A DNA stretch of 64,000 nucleotides from Planctomycetota bacterium (GCA_029936315.1 JAPYTD010000006.1:16442-80441); one strand, 5' to 3'. Shown: positions 26,351 through 35,759, counted from the stretch's first letter. Notes: generated from the sequence alone by a model not told the origin. Numbers and translations: made by a program.

Positions 26351-26648
26351 GCGTGCACGCGGGCGTCACACCATTGTGCGCTCGACAGCATACATCGGAA
26401 ACCCGGGTGGATCTGGTCTCGAGTCTGGACACCGCGTGTCGCGAGTTGTCGGGCTTGGCAAGGTATCGGCACATCCGGGGCGGGCAACAGATTGGCTGCG
26501 CCGATTCGAACAGGTGCTGCGTGGCTTTGACGGTGGCTACGGCAGTTCCTCGATGCCCGAAATGGGCCTTGGTTGCAGCGTGGTCCGGGCCGATGGCATG
26601 GGTTCCCCTTCTCTTGTGGCCTGGGGCAGTTCCTTGCACTGGGACCAC

Positions 26649-27860
26649 ATGGACAGTTCGATGATCAGTGTGACAGCGCCTGAACGCACCCGATTGCTCG
26701 ATGCCATCGAGACGCGATTCCGTCAGGACTTTGGCCAAGGCGAGCTTCGCTACTTTTTCGCCCCGGGCCGCATCAACCTGGTAGGCGCGCACCTCGACTA
26801 CAACGGCGGCGACGTCATGCCCATGGCTGTGGACCGTGGCATTTCGGTCGGCGTGCGGCTGCGCGACGATGGTCGCATCCGTCTGCGCAGCGTCGATCAG
26901 CAGAAAACCATCGATGTTGATGTCGAGCACGTTGGCGACAAGGCCCAGGCAGAGTGGGGGTGGGGCGGATATCCGCTTGGCATCTTCCGCGGCTTCCAGC
27001 GAGATCACGGCGTGCAGCAGGGTTTCGAGGCGGTCTACGCCGGTGACCTGCCGATGGCGTCCGGGTTGTCATCGTCGGCTGCGATCGAAGTGGTCACAGC
27101 AATCGCGCTCGACACGTTGCATGGCACGGACATCGGTCGCGAGCAGATCGCCAGTATGGCACACCGCGCCGAGAACGATTTCGTCGGGGTTCGTTGCGGC
27201 ATCATGGATCAATACGCGTCGGCGCTGGGCCAACCCGGCCACGTGCTATGGATGCATTGCCAAGGACCGCACTGGGAGCACGTGCCGTTTGATCCGGACG
27301 CCTGCGAAGTGCTGGTGATGGACACCAAGAAGCCGCGCAAACTGGCGGTGAGCGGCTTCAACGAGCGCGTCGCGCAATGCGCAACGGCTCACGAAGTGCT
27401 CTGCAAGAATGTGCGCGGGCTCCCCAATCTGGCAGCGTTCTCGCTTGCCGATCTGGAGTCTTGCCGCGCCGAGATGGACGAAGTTCTGTACAAACGTGCG
27501 CGCCACGTCGTCACCGAGATGGCGCGCATCGCCGCTGGAGTTGCGTGCTTGCGTGCTGGTGACTACAGAGGCCTTGGTGCTCAGCTCAACGCGAGCCATC
27601 ATTCCACTTCGACCGACTACGACGTCAGCTGCGAAGAACTCGATGTGATCACGGCTGCTGCGCGTGCCTGCGAAGGCGTGCTCGGTGCGCGTCTAACGGG
27701 CGCCGGCTTTGGCGGCTGCGCGATTGCTTTGATTCGCCCCGGCTACCGTGAACAGGTCGCTGCGCACGTCGGCAAGGCGTTTGCGGATCGATTCGGCGTC
27801 GTGCCGGGGTTCGATCTGCTGCGCATCGGCAATGGGCCTGGCGAGATTCGGGCTGAGTAG
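26649..27860 (+). CDS. galK: Galactokinase
   Basis: Galactokinase signature APGRINLVGAHLDYNGG and GHMP ATP motif PMASGLSSSAAIEV. I chose the ATG at 26649 (or 26661). The upstream 176 codons of the track ORF (from 26121) overlap the divergent PPIase gene and look non-coding. Confidence 0.9.
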   Translation: MDSSMISVTAPERTRLLDAIETRFRQDFGQGELRYFFAPGRINLVGAHLDYNGGDVMPMAVDRGISVGVRLRDDGRIRLRSVDQQKTIDVDVEHVGDKAQAEWGWGGYPLGIFRGFQRDHGVQQGFEAVYAGDLPMASGLSSSAAIEVVTAIALDTLHGTDIGREQIASMAHRAENDFVGVRCGIMDQYASALGQPGHVLWMHCQGPHWEHVPFDPDACEVLVMDTKKPRKLAVSGFNERVAQCATAHEVLCKNVRGLPNLAAFSLADLESCRAEMDEVLYKRARHVVTEMARIAAGVACLRAGDYRGLGAQLNASHHSTSTDYDVSCEELDVITAAARACEGVLGARLTGAGFGGCAIALIRPGYREQVAAHVGKAFADRFGVVPGFDLLRIGNGPGEIRAE

Positions 27861-27872
27861 CAATTCGGCGCG

Positions 27873-28607
27873 CTACAAGAATCCGCCGTCGACTCCGATC
27901 ACCTGGCCGGTCACGTAGCTCGCGGGTTCGGACGCCAAGAACCCGACTACCGAAGCTACTTCGTCGGCCGACCCCATGCGCTGCATCGGGATCATCTTCT
28001 TGACGAAGTCGGGCACGCCCGCCGTCATGTCGGTTTCGATCAGGCCGGGGGCGACGGCGTTGACGGTGATGTTGCGTTTGGCCATCTCGATCGCCAGCGA
28101 CTTGGTCGCGCCGATGATGCCTGCCTTGGCGGCGGCGTAGTTGCTTTGGCCTCGGTTGCCCTTGATCGCCGAGATCGACGACATGCTGATGATGCGGCCC
28201 CAGCGCTTTTGCACCATCTGCATGAGCAGCGGCTTGGTGACGTTGTAGAAGCCGCCGAGAGTCGTCGCGATCACGTCGTGCCACTGATCGCACGACATGG
28301 CCGGCAGCGGCGCATCGCGCACGATGCCAGCGTTGTTGACGATCACCGAGATCGGGCGCTTGTCGGAGAGCAGTTGTTCGATTGCCGCTCCGGTTGCATC
28401 TCCGTCCGCGACGTCGAATTGCACCGCATCTGCCTCGCCACCGTCTGACCGGATGGACTCGACGACGCGGTCGGCTGCTTCGCGATTGCTGGCGAAGTTG
28501 ACAATGACGGGATGGCCCATCTGGGCCAGATGGCGGCAAACCGCCGCACCAATCCCGCGACTACCACCAGTTACCAGTGCGCGTCGATCCGAAGCTGCCT
28601 TGCTCAT
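27873..28607 (-). CDS. fabG: 3-oxoacyl-ACP reductase-like short-chain dehydrogenase
   Basis: ALVTGGSRGIGAAV (TGxxxGxG), NNAGI, and catalytic S...YAAAKAG. I chose the ATG at 28607. Confidence 0.85.
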   Translation of the reverse strand: MSKAASDRRALVTGGSRGIGAAVCRHLAQMGHPVIVNFASNREAADRVVESIRSDGGEADAVQFDVADGDATGAAIEQLLSDKRPISVIVNNAGIVRDAPLPAMSCDQWHDVIATTLGGFYNVTKPLLMQMVQKRWGRIISMSSISAIKGNRGQSNYAAAKAGIIGATKSLAIEMAKRNITVNAVAPGLIETDMTAGVPDFVKKMIPMQRMGSADEVASVVGFLASEPASYVTGQVIGVDGGFL

Positions 28608-28818
28608 GCCACGGGAATTACTTGGCCAGAAGGGCAAGCGTCAATCAACGCTTCGGCCCTGGAGTCGTTGTTGCATGCGGCCGATCATGCCGCACACTTC
28701 CGCTATGCCGATGCGAAACCCTGCTCGTTGGGGGATTCCCCTTCTCTTGCTCGTGATTTCTTCTACGCCGAGTTGCCGCGTGGCGCAGCCTCCCCAGGTC
28801 GAGTCGGCTGGCATGTGA

Positions 28819-29133
28819 GTGAACGTCACTTCCGCCAGGCAGAAGCGTGGCCTGATTGACTGTCGCATTCGGGTTTGGAACGACCACGACCACGACGTGA
28901 CCTTCTCGTCGAGCAGTGTGCGGTTGATGTTTGGCGACGAGCGTGAGTGTTCCGCCAAGATCGGCCGCCGCGTCTCGGAAGCTATGGTGCCAGCCCGCGG
29001 CAACAGCGACCTGCGGTTGATCTTCGAACCCGGCATTGGCTTGCGCCGCGGGTCGTATACGGTCGAAGACCGCGACTTCCAGATCGATGGCGTGCCGTCC
29101 GGCGAGACGTGCGTGTTTTCGATCAACATCTAG
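28819..29133 (+). CDS. Hypothetical small protein
   Basis: 104-aa GTG-start ORF with plausible beta-rich composition (..DVTFSSSSVRLMFGDERECSAKIGRRVSEAMVPARGNSDLRLIFEP..). No family recognised. Two minus-strand ORFs compete with it and look like shadows. Confidence 0.3.
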   Translation: MNVTSARQKRGLIDCRIRVWNDHDHDVTFSSSSVRLMFGDERECSAKIGRRVSEAMVPARGNSDLRLIFEPGIGLRRGSYTVEDRDFQIDGVPSGETCVFSINI

Positions 29134-29208
29134 CAAACGTTCCCCCCGAATGTGGGGCTGTGAGCCGCGGTCCTTTTGCTGGGGCCCTCATTGGGCGATG
29201 ATGAGCAC

Positions 29209-30543
29209 ATGCCGTCCCTGCGCCGAATAGCCCTGGATCGTCGAACGCTTCTGCGTGGCGGTGCTGCCTGTCTGGCGTTGCCGTGGCTCGATGCAATGCT
29301 GCCAGCGCTGACCAGGCCAGTAAGGCCGAAGCCGCGGGCCGTGTTCATCTACTCGCCCAACGGCATGAACATGGCGAAGTGGCGGCCAGACGGCGGCGGC
29401 ACCGACACCAAGTTTGGCCCTACGTTGGCGCCGCTTGAGTCGATCCGGAAGCGCGTCACGGTGTTTTCGGGGTTGGGCATCAACGCCGGCTTTGCTCACG
29501 GCGACGGACCGGGCGATCATGCGCGCTCGGTTGCGACCTATCTGACCTGTGCGCACCCGCGCAAGACCGGCGGTGCTGACTTGCACGTTGGCGTCTCGGT
29601 TGATCAGGTCATTGCCAAGCAAGCTGGGCGCGGGTCGCCGTTTGCTTCGCTCGAAGTTGGCATGGATCGCGGGCGCTCCGCCGGCATCTGTGATTCCGGT
29701 TACTCGTGCGCCTACAGCAACAACGTTTCGTGGCTTGCTCCGGACCAACCGGTTGCCAAAGAAGCGGACCCGCGGGCAGTGTTTGCCCGCCTGTTTGGAG
29801 ACCCTGAAGCCGCGCTGAGCCGCGACCAACAGAAGAAGGATCGCGATTGGCAGCGTTCGGTGCTCGATCTCGTGCTGGCCGATGCGAAGTCCCTGCGCAG
29901 CAAGTTGGGCGTGGCCGATAAGCGCAAGTTGGCGCAGTACCTTGAGTCGGTGCGTGAGTTAGAAAAACGCCTGCAGGCTGACGTGGATCCGCAACTTGAG
30001 ACGCCAGTCCCCGTTGGCTTGCTCGAACGCAAGCGGGGCTTCGCGGAGCGCATGCAGCTGATGTATGAACTCGTCTTGCTGGCGCTGTCGACCGAGCGTA
30101 CGCGCGTTGTGACGTTCATGCTCGGCAACGGCGGCAGCAACCGCAGCTTTCGTTTCCTTGGTGTTCCACAAGGCCACCACACGTTGAGCCACCATGGTCG
30201 CATCGGCAAGAAACTCGATGCGATCGCGAAGATTGATCGCTTCCACGTCGAGCAGTTTGTGCAGTTCGTGCAGCGCATGACCCTGCAGCAGGAAGGCGAA
30301 CACGACTTGCTGAGCAACAGCATGGTGCTGTTCGGTTCGGGTATCAGTGACGGCAATAGGCACAACCACAACGATCTTCCGATGCTGATGTGTGGCGAAG
30401 GCGGTGGAGTGGCAAAGGCGCGCGGCCACGTGTCCTTCGAGGGCAAGCCCCCGATGGCCAACCTCTACCTCGCAGTGATGCGCGCAATGGGCTGCAAGGA
30501 CGACACGTTCGCCGACAGCACCGAAGTGCTACCGCTGCGCTAG
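29209..30543 (+). CDS. DUF1552 domain protein with a Tat-type signal
   Basis: The ATG at 29209 gives MPSLRRIALDRRTLLRGGAACLALPWLDAM, the characteristic DUF1552 N-terminus. Length is about 444 aa. Confidence 0.8.
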   Translation: MPSLRRIALDRRTLLRGGAACLALPWLDAMLPALTRPVRPKPRAVFIYSPNGMNMAKWRPDGGGTDTKFGPTLAPLESIRKRVTVFSGLGINAGFAHGDGPGDHARSVATYLTCAHPRKTGGADLHVGVSVDQVIAKQAGRGSPFASLEVGMDRGRSAGICDSGYSCAYSNNVSWLAPDQPVAKEADPRAVFARLFGDPEAALSRDQQKKDRDWQRSVLDLVLADAKSLRSKLGVADKRKLAQYLESVRELEKRLQADVDPQLETPVPVGLLERKRGFAERMQLMYELVLLALSTERTRVVTFMLGNGGSNRSFRFLGVPQGHHTLSHHGRIGKKLDAIAKIDRFHVEQFVQFVQRMTLQQEGEHDLLSNSMVLFGSGISDGNRHNHNDLPMLMCGEGGGVAKARGHVSFEGKPPMANLYLAVMRAMGCKDDTFADSTEVLPLR

Positions 30544-31358
30544 ATCTTGGTCGCGATAAACTCGTAGACGGCCGGGCACTGGACAAATCCCTCGCCGTTC
30601 TCAATCTTCTTGAGGTCGTCGATCAGCTCATCGCAGTCACTCTGCGCGAGTTCCCCCATTGCCACCAGCTTTGGCCCGAACGAGTGCCACCATGTGTTTG
30701 GCCACGCGAACATGGTGTCGCTGCCCCGTGCGACGCGCAGGTGCGCACGCACATCGTCGAGGCGAAGGCCATGCTTCTCAAACATCGCGGGCAGGCGTTG
30801 ACCAATGTCTGGGTCGCCGCCGCGGCCGCTCCACAAACGCATGGTTGCGGCGACTGCGAGATCGTGGCTGCGCCGGCGCGGCACCAGCGTCATTGAGTTG
30901 TAGTCGAAGTAGTCCTGCACGGCGAGGCGGCCACCAGGTGCCAGTGCGTTGGCGATGCCACGCACGACGGCTTCCGGGTCCGGCACGAAGCACAGCACCC
31001 AACGTGCGTAGGCAAAGTCGAATGGTTCTTGGCCTTCGAGCACAGCATCGAGTTCTTGCACATCGCCGACGGCACCTTGAAAGTGTGCGATGCCGCGCGC
31101 CTCGGCCATTTGGGTGGCATGTTCGATAAACGTCTCCGACTCGTCTACCCCGAGCACGCTGCCGTAGCGCGTGACTACGTCTGCCAAGTCGAACGAGGCG
31201 TAGCCTGGACCGCAACCAACGTCGAGAACGCGCTGCCCCATCTTGAGTTCTGCGCGGCGGAAGGCCTTTGCGGAGACATCGCCCCACAGGCGGTTCTGCA
31301 GCGCCAGGCGGGCCAGTTCGTCGTCGCCAGTTCCGAGCACGTATTCGCGTTCTGTCAT
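30540..31358 (-). CDS. Class I SAM-dependent methyltransferase
   Basis: SAM-binding motif I RVLDVGCGPGYASFDLA, followed by an acidic loop and post-I motifs. 272 aa. Confidence 0.8.
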   Translation of the reverse strand: MTEREYVLGTGDDELARLALQNRLWGDVSAKAFRRAELKMGQRVLDVGCGPGYASFDLADVVTRYGSVLGVDESETFIEHATQMAEARGIAHFQGAVGDVQELDAVLEGQEPFDFAYARWVLCFVPDPEAVVRGIANALAPGGRLAVQDYFDYNSMTLVPRRRSHDLAVAATMRLWSGRGGDPDIGQRLPAMFEKHGLRLDDVRAHLRVARGSDTMFAWPNTWWHSFGPKLVAMGELAQSDCDELIDDLKKIENGEGFVQCPAVYEFIATKI

Positions 31359-31703
31359 CGAACGCGATCTTCTCGCCAGCGCCTGTGCACGGCCACCCGC
31401 AGTATGCGCGGATATGGCAACTACTCGCCGAAAGTTCCTCTCTTCGATGGCGGCAGCTAGCGCCGCGCTTCCGCTTGCTGCGGAGCTTGCAGGCCTTGAA
31501 CAGTGCCGCCAGCGCTGTCGCTGCCGCCACCACAGCTGGTCAGAACGGCAAGAATGAGGGAAGTGGGGAGGAGCTTCGACATGGATTCTCTAGATGAACT
31601 TGTTTGGCAGGGGCGCTCTGTAGGCCGCTTGCGGAACCGCTCGCATCGGCAGTTCTGTTCTTCCCGGTTGAGAGGCTTAGGGCCGTCCGCGTAGTCTGGT
31701 CTC

Positions 31704-33014
31704 ATGAAGATCTGGCGATTGCTGTGCTCGGCGTTGGTGTTTGCCCCAGGTGTGCTTTTGGCCCAGGACAAGCCCCATGCGTTTGTCGGGGCGCGGATCG
31801 AACCCTGTGATGGGCCCGCAATTGAGAACGGCGTGCTCGTGGTGCACCGCGGCAAGATCGTCGCGATTGGTCGTGCCGGCGACGTAGAGGTTGATCCTGA
31901 TGCGGTGATCGTCAACACCTCGGGGCGCACGATCATGCCGGGGCTGGTTTGCAGCCATTCGCATGTCGGTTCGGTGTCCGGAGCTGACGGCAGCGGTCCG
32001 ATCCAACCCGAAGTGCGCGCGTTGGACTCGATCAACGCGCGCGATCCTGGCATCCAAAAGGCGCAGGCGGGTGGTATCACGACGGTCAACGTCATGCCCG
32101 GTTCTGGCCACCTACTGTCGGGGCAGACCATTTACATGAAGCTGCGAGATGTGAATACGGTCGAAGAGCTCGCCGTGCGCAACGCCGATGGCAGTATCGC
32201 GGGTGGCATCAAGATGGCCAACGGCACCAACCCGAGAAAGGCGGCGCCGTTCCCCGGAACGCGTGGCAAGGCGGCGGCGTTGGTGCGCGCGCAGTTCCAT
32301 CGAGCCCGAGACTATCAACGCAAAGTTGCGGCGGCCAACGGCGACCCCGAGAAGATGCCTGATCGCAAACTCGGCATGGAAGCGCTGATCGAAGCGATGG
32401 AAGGAAAACGCGTTGTGCACCACCACACGCATCGCCAAGACGACATCCTCACCGTGTTGCGGTTGCAGAAGGAGTTTGGGTTCCGTTGCGTACTGCATCA
32501 CGTCAGTGAGGGATGGCTCGTTGCAAAGGAGATCGCCGAAGCCAAGGTGCCGTGCTCGGTCATCGTGATCGACTCTCCCGGCGGCAAGCTCGAGGCAGCT
32601 CGACTGTTGCTTGAGACGGGCGCCATCCTCGATCGTGCTGGTGTGCTCGTAGGCTTCCACACCGATGACGGCATCACCGATAGTCGCTTGTTTCTGCGTT
32701 CCGCAGCGCTCGCGGTGCGCGCCGGCATGGATCGTCAGAAGGCTCTCGAAGCCGTGACCATTGCCAACGCGCGCATGCTGGACATGCAGGATCGCATTGG
32801 CACGTTGACGGTCGGCAAGGATGCGGACCTGGTCATTTTGACTGGCGATCCGTTGTCGGTTTACACGCGCGTGCAGCAGACGTGGGTAGAGGGCAAGAAG
32901 GTGTTCGATCTGACGGATCCGAAGGACCGCTTGATGGCAACCGGTGGCTTTGGTGCCAGCAGCGACCAGGCATTGTCGATGTGCTGCTACGGTCTGCAGG
33001 GAGGTGGCCAATGA
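31704..33014 (+). CDS. Amidohydrolase-family metallohydrolase, exported
   Basis: Signal peptide MKIWRLLCSALVFAPGVLLAQ. HxH motif PGLVCSHSHVG. C-terminal GTLTVGKDADLVIL motif typical of the amidohydrolase superfamily. Confidence 0.85.
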   Translation: MKIWRLLCSALVFAPGVLLAQDKPHAFVGARIEPCDGPAIENGVLVVHRGKIVAIGRAGDVEVDPDAVIVNTSGRTIMPGLVCSHSHVGSVSGADGSGPIQPEVRALDSINARDPGIQKAQAGGITTVNVMPGSGHLLSGQTIYMKLRDVNTVEELAVRNADGSIAGGIKMANGTNPRKAAPFPGTRGKAAALVRAQFHRARDYQRKVAAANGDPEKMPDRKLGMEALIEAMEGKRVVHHHTHRQDDILTVLRLQKEFGFRCVLHHVSEGWLVAKEIAEAKVPCSVIVIDSPGGKLEAARLLLETGAILDRAGVLVGFHTDDGITDSRLFLRSAALAVRAGMDRQKALEAVTIANARMLDMQDRIGTLTVGKDADLVILTGDPLSVYTRVQQTWVEGKKVFDLTDPKDRLMATGGFGASSDQALSMCCYGLQGGGQ

Positions 33015-34249
33015 GCGTTCGCATGCTGACGTTTGCGCTGACCTCTTTGTCGGTGGCAATTCTCTCGGGTGGGCTCCTTGGTCAAGAGGGCGGCAAGCCC
33101 AGCGCGTCGAAGGTGACGCTCATCCAGGCAGAGACGCTGTTCACGATGGTTGGCCCGCCGATCAAAGATGGCTTCATCTTGATCCGCGGCAACAAAATCG
33201 CCGGCGTTGGCGCCGCGAACCAGATGCCCAAGGACCTGCCAATCACCAAGGTCAAGGTCGCGACTCCCGGCTTCATCGATGCCCACTCGGTCGTTGGCTT
33301 GACCGGCTTGCTCAACATTCCGCATGACCAGGATCAGCTGGAGAAGTCCTCGCCGATGCAGCCGGAGCTGCGTGCGCTGGACGCGTATCATCCGAAGGAC
33401 CTACTGGTTGAGTGGGTGCGCAGTCTTGGTGTGACGACGTTGCACACCGGCCACGGTCCGGGTGCGTTGATTTCGGGGCAGACCATGGTCATCAAGACGC
33501 ATGGCCGCAGCGTCGACCAGGACGTTGTGAAGCCATTGGCGATGGTCGCGGTGACACTCGCGGACTCGGGGCGTTCGAGAACTGGCAAGGCACCTGGTAC
33601 CCGGGCGAAGTCGGTCGCGATGCTGCGCGAAAAACTGCTCGAGGCGCGTGCCTATGGTGCCAAGAAGAAGCGCGATGCAGATGCCGCGACCGACCTCGGT
33701 CTCGAAACGATGTTGAAGGTGCTCAGTGGCGATGTGCCGCTGTTGATCACTGCCCACCGGGCACACGATCTTGCGTCGGCACTGCGGGTGGCGGAAGAAT
33801 TCGGAATCTTGATCGTGCTCGATGGTGCGGCCGAGGCCTACCTGATGTTGCCGCGAATCAAGAAGGCCGACGTTTGGGTGTTGCCGCATCCAGCGATGGC
33901 TCGCACTCGCGGTGATCTTGAAAACGGCACGATGGAACTCGCCAAACTGCTGTTCGATGCCAAGGTGCCGTTCGCGATGCAGAGTGGCTTTGAATCCTAC
34001 GTGCCGAAGACTCGCGTCGTGCTGTGGGAGACTGGCATCTCGGTGATGCATGGTCTTGGGCGCGAAGATGCGTTGCGTGCCTTGACCGTCAACCCGGCCA
34101 AGATGCTTGGCATCGACGATCGCGTCGGCATTCTCCGTGCGGGCATGGATGCGGACATTGCGCTCTTTGATGGCGACCCGTTTGAATACACGACCCACTG
34201 CTTGGGAACGTTTATCGACGGCGTGAACTATACGGGCACGAGCCGGTGA
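33011..34249 (+). CDS. Amidohydrolase-family protein, paralogous partner, exported
   Basis: The ATG at 33011 overlaps the upstream stop (ATGA). It has a signal peptide and the motifs PGFIDAHSVVG and GILRAGMDADIALF. Confidence 0.85.
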   Translation: MSVRMLTFALTSLSVAILSGGLLGQEGGKPSASKVTLIQAETLFTMVGPPIKDGFILIRGNKIAGVGAANQMPKDLPITKVKVATPGFIDAHSVVGLTGLLNIPHDQDQLEKSSPMQPELRALDAYHPKDLLVEWVRSLGVTTLHTGHGPGALISGQTMVIKTHGRSVDQDVVKPLAMVAVTLADSGRSRTGKAPGTRAKSVAMLREKLLEARAYGAKKKRDADAATDLGLETMLKVLSGDVPLLITAHRAHDLASALRVAEEFGILIVLDGAAEAYLMLPRIKKADVWVLPHPAMARTRGDLENGTMELAKLLFDAKVPFAMQSGFESYVPKTRVVLWETGISVMHGLGREDALRALTVNPAKMLGIDDRVGILRAGMDADIALFDGDPFEYTTHCLGTFIDGVNYTGTSR

Positions 34250-34301
34250 CGCTGCACTGCGTTCGCGTCGCCCATCGGGCTGATCGTTCTACCACCAAGC
34301 C

Positions 34302-35435
34302 TTAGGCGCCGATTTCCTCATACACCGTGGAACGCTGAACGGGTTTGTAGCCCGCTTCGCGAATGAGGTGTGCGATCTGGTCAACGCTGAGCGCCTCCGG
34401 TTCGGTGGTGCCTGCGTCGTGCGTGATCTTCTCCTCGGTCACGGTGCCGTCGATATCGTTGGCGCCAAAGCTCAAAGCAGTCTGTGCTGATTCCTGGGTC
34501 AGCATGATCCAGTAGGCCTTGATATGAGGGAAGTTGTCGAGCATCAGGCGGCCGACGGCAATGGACCTCAGGTCAAGGTGGCCCGTTGTGACATGCCCGA
34601 AGTTCTTGAGGTCCGTGTGGTACGGCCAGAAGGCGAGCGGGATGTACGCCATGAAGCCGCCACACTCGTCCTGCACTTCACGCAAGCGAATCAGGTGCTG
34701 GACCCGCTCTTCGACGCGCTCGATGTGGCCATAGAGCATCGTGGCATTCATCTTGAAGCCGTTGCGCTGCACCTTGCGTGCCGCTTCGAGCCAACGATCG
34801 GGGCCCATCTTCTCGCGGAAGACCGCTTTGTGCACACGATCAACGAGCACTTCGGCGCCGCCGCCAGGGCACGAACCGAGACCAGCATCGCGCAGATCCT
34901 GGAACACCTGCTCTTCGGTCTTGCCTGAGATGTTGAGCATGTGCTCGATCTCAACCATCGTGAACGCCTTTACGTGGATGTCGGGTCGCGCGCGCTTGGC
35001 GGCCTTGACGACGTCGATGTAGTACTCGTAGGGCATCGTCGGGTGGATGCCCGCGACCATGTGCACTTCGGTGACCGGCCGGTGCATTTGCTCGCGCACC
35101 TTCTGCTCGACGACTTCCGGAGTCATCAGGTAGCCGCGCTCCTCATCAACCTTTGCCGCGAACGCGCAGAACTTGCACGAGTACATGCAGATGTTGGTGT
35201 AGTTGACGTGCTGGTTGATGTTGAAGAACACCTTCCTGCCGTGCTTCTCGGTGCGCACGCGGTGCGCCATCAAGCCAACGGCCGCGAGGTGCGGCGTCTT
35301 GTAGAGCATGACGCCGTCATCGAACGTCAGGCGTTCGCCGTTGCGGACCTTACGATCGATTTCGCCGAGACCGGCGCGGTCGATCAGCTTTCGGGCCAGG
35401 GATTCGTCGAGGTGGTCGTAGTCGAAGTTCTGCAT
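34302..35435 (-). CDS. mqnE: Aminofutalosine synthase-like radical SAM enzyme (futalosine menaquinone pathway)
   Basis: NYTNICMYSCKFCAF (CxxxCxxC) and VTEVHMVAGIHPTMPYEYYIDVV..DIHVKAFTMVEIEH match my recollection of the MqnE pattern. ATG at 35435 (alternative 35477). Confidence 0.75.
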   Translation of the reverse strand: MQNFDYDHLDESLARKLIDRAGLGEIDRKVRNGERLTFDDGVMLYKTPHLAAVGLMAHRVRTEKHGRKVFFNINQHVNYTNICMYSCKFCAFAAKVDEERGYLMTPEVVEQKVREQMHRPVTEVHMVAGIHPTMPYEYYIDVVKAAKRARPDIHVKAFTMVEIEHMLNISGKTEEQVFQDLRDAGLGSCPGGGAEVLVDRVHKAVFREKMGPDRWLEAARKVQRNGFKMNATMLYGHIERVEERVQHLIRLREVQDECGGFMAYIPLAFWPYHTDLKNFGHVTTGHLDLRSIAVGRLMLDNFPHIKAYWIMLTQESAQTALSFGANDIDGTVTEEKITHDAGTTEPEALSVDQIAHLIREAGYKPVQRSTVYEEIGA

Positions 35436-35475
35436 TGGGGGATTCAGCGAACAAGGTAACGGCGCACCGCCGGGC

Positions 35476-35514
35476 ACGAGAGACGAAACCGCCGGTTGTC
35501 CTGCAAACGGCGGT
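35476..35514 (-). terminator. Hairpin plus U-rich tract on the minus strand, 246 nt after the engB stop and about 50 nt before the mqnE ATG
   Basis: On the minus strand: ACCGCCG-uuugcaggacaac-CGGCGGU followed by UUCGUCUCUCG. The perfect 7-bp stem spans 35488..35514. It could terminate engB transcripts or act as an attenuator for mqnE. Confidence 0.35.
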
Positions 35515-35759
35515 CACCAGGTGGGAATTGCCTCGCGGTGGGGGTTGTGGCCCTGCCGGCTGCCGTTATCTTCCCGCGCCACTCGGAGGCCAAAATGCCA
35601 AGCATCTGCACATCTGTGTCCGCGCTCTGGTTCGCGCGCGACTGACCAGACCCTCCCTAGGTTCTCCTGGCGCCTATTGGCACGTCTGCGTGCGCCGAGG
35701 CAGAAGTCGACCCCGCCCAACTTCCCGGGCTCAGTGAGCCGAAGTCGAAGGATGTATCT

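Noticed and set aside
26603-26616. Exact 14-mer TTCCCCTTCTCTTG shared by two intergenic regions (26603..26616 upstream of galK, and 28736..28749 upstream of the 28819 ORF), considered as a shared promoter or operator.
   Set aside because: For a 64-kb window the expected number of chance exact 14-mer pairs is of order several (about N^2/2 divided by 4^14). Flanking sequence similarity fades immediately. Related CT-rich strings also occur inside coding regions (for example around 55171). It is worth a genome-wide motif count, but this window alone does not support it.
26121-26648. 176-codon N-terminal extension of galK given by the ORF track.
   Set aside because: Galactokinase homology starts just after the ATG at 26649/26661. 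The extension overlaps the divergent PPIase gene (to 26350), and its sequence is not protein-like.
35436-35759. Assigning the engB-mqnE non-coding region to a known RNA class (SRP/4.5S RNA, RNase P RNA, 6S RNA, tmRNA, or a SAM-I, TPP or ZTP riboswitch).
   Set aside because: Isolated similarities (GGCAAUUCCC, GAGGGUCUGG, GAUAAC, ACCGCCG) occur in the wrong order or without the required conserved cores (no GGAA-tetraloop SRP helix 8, no AGGAAAGUCCGG P4 strand, no CUGAGA). I keep it only as an unclassified structured-RNA candidate.
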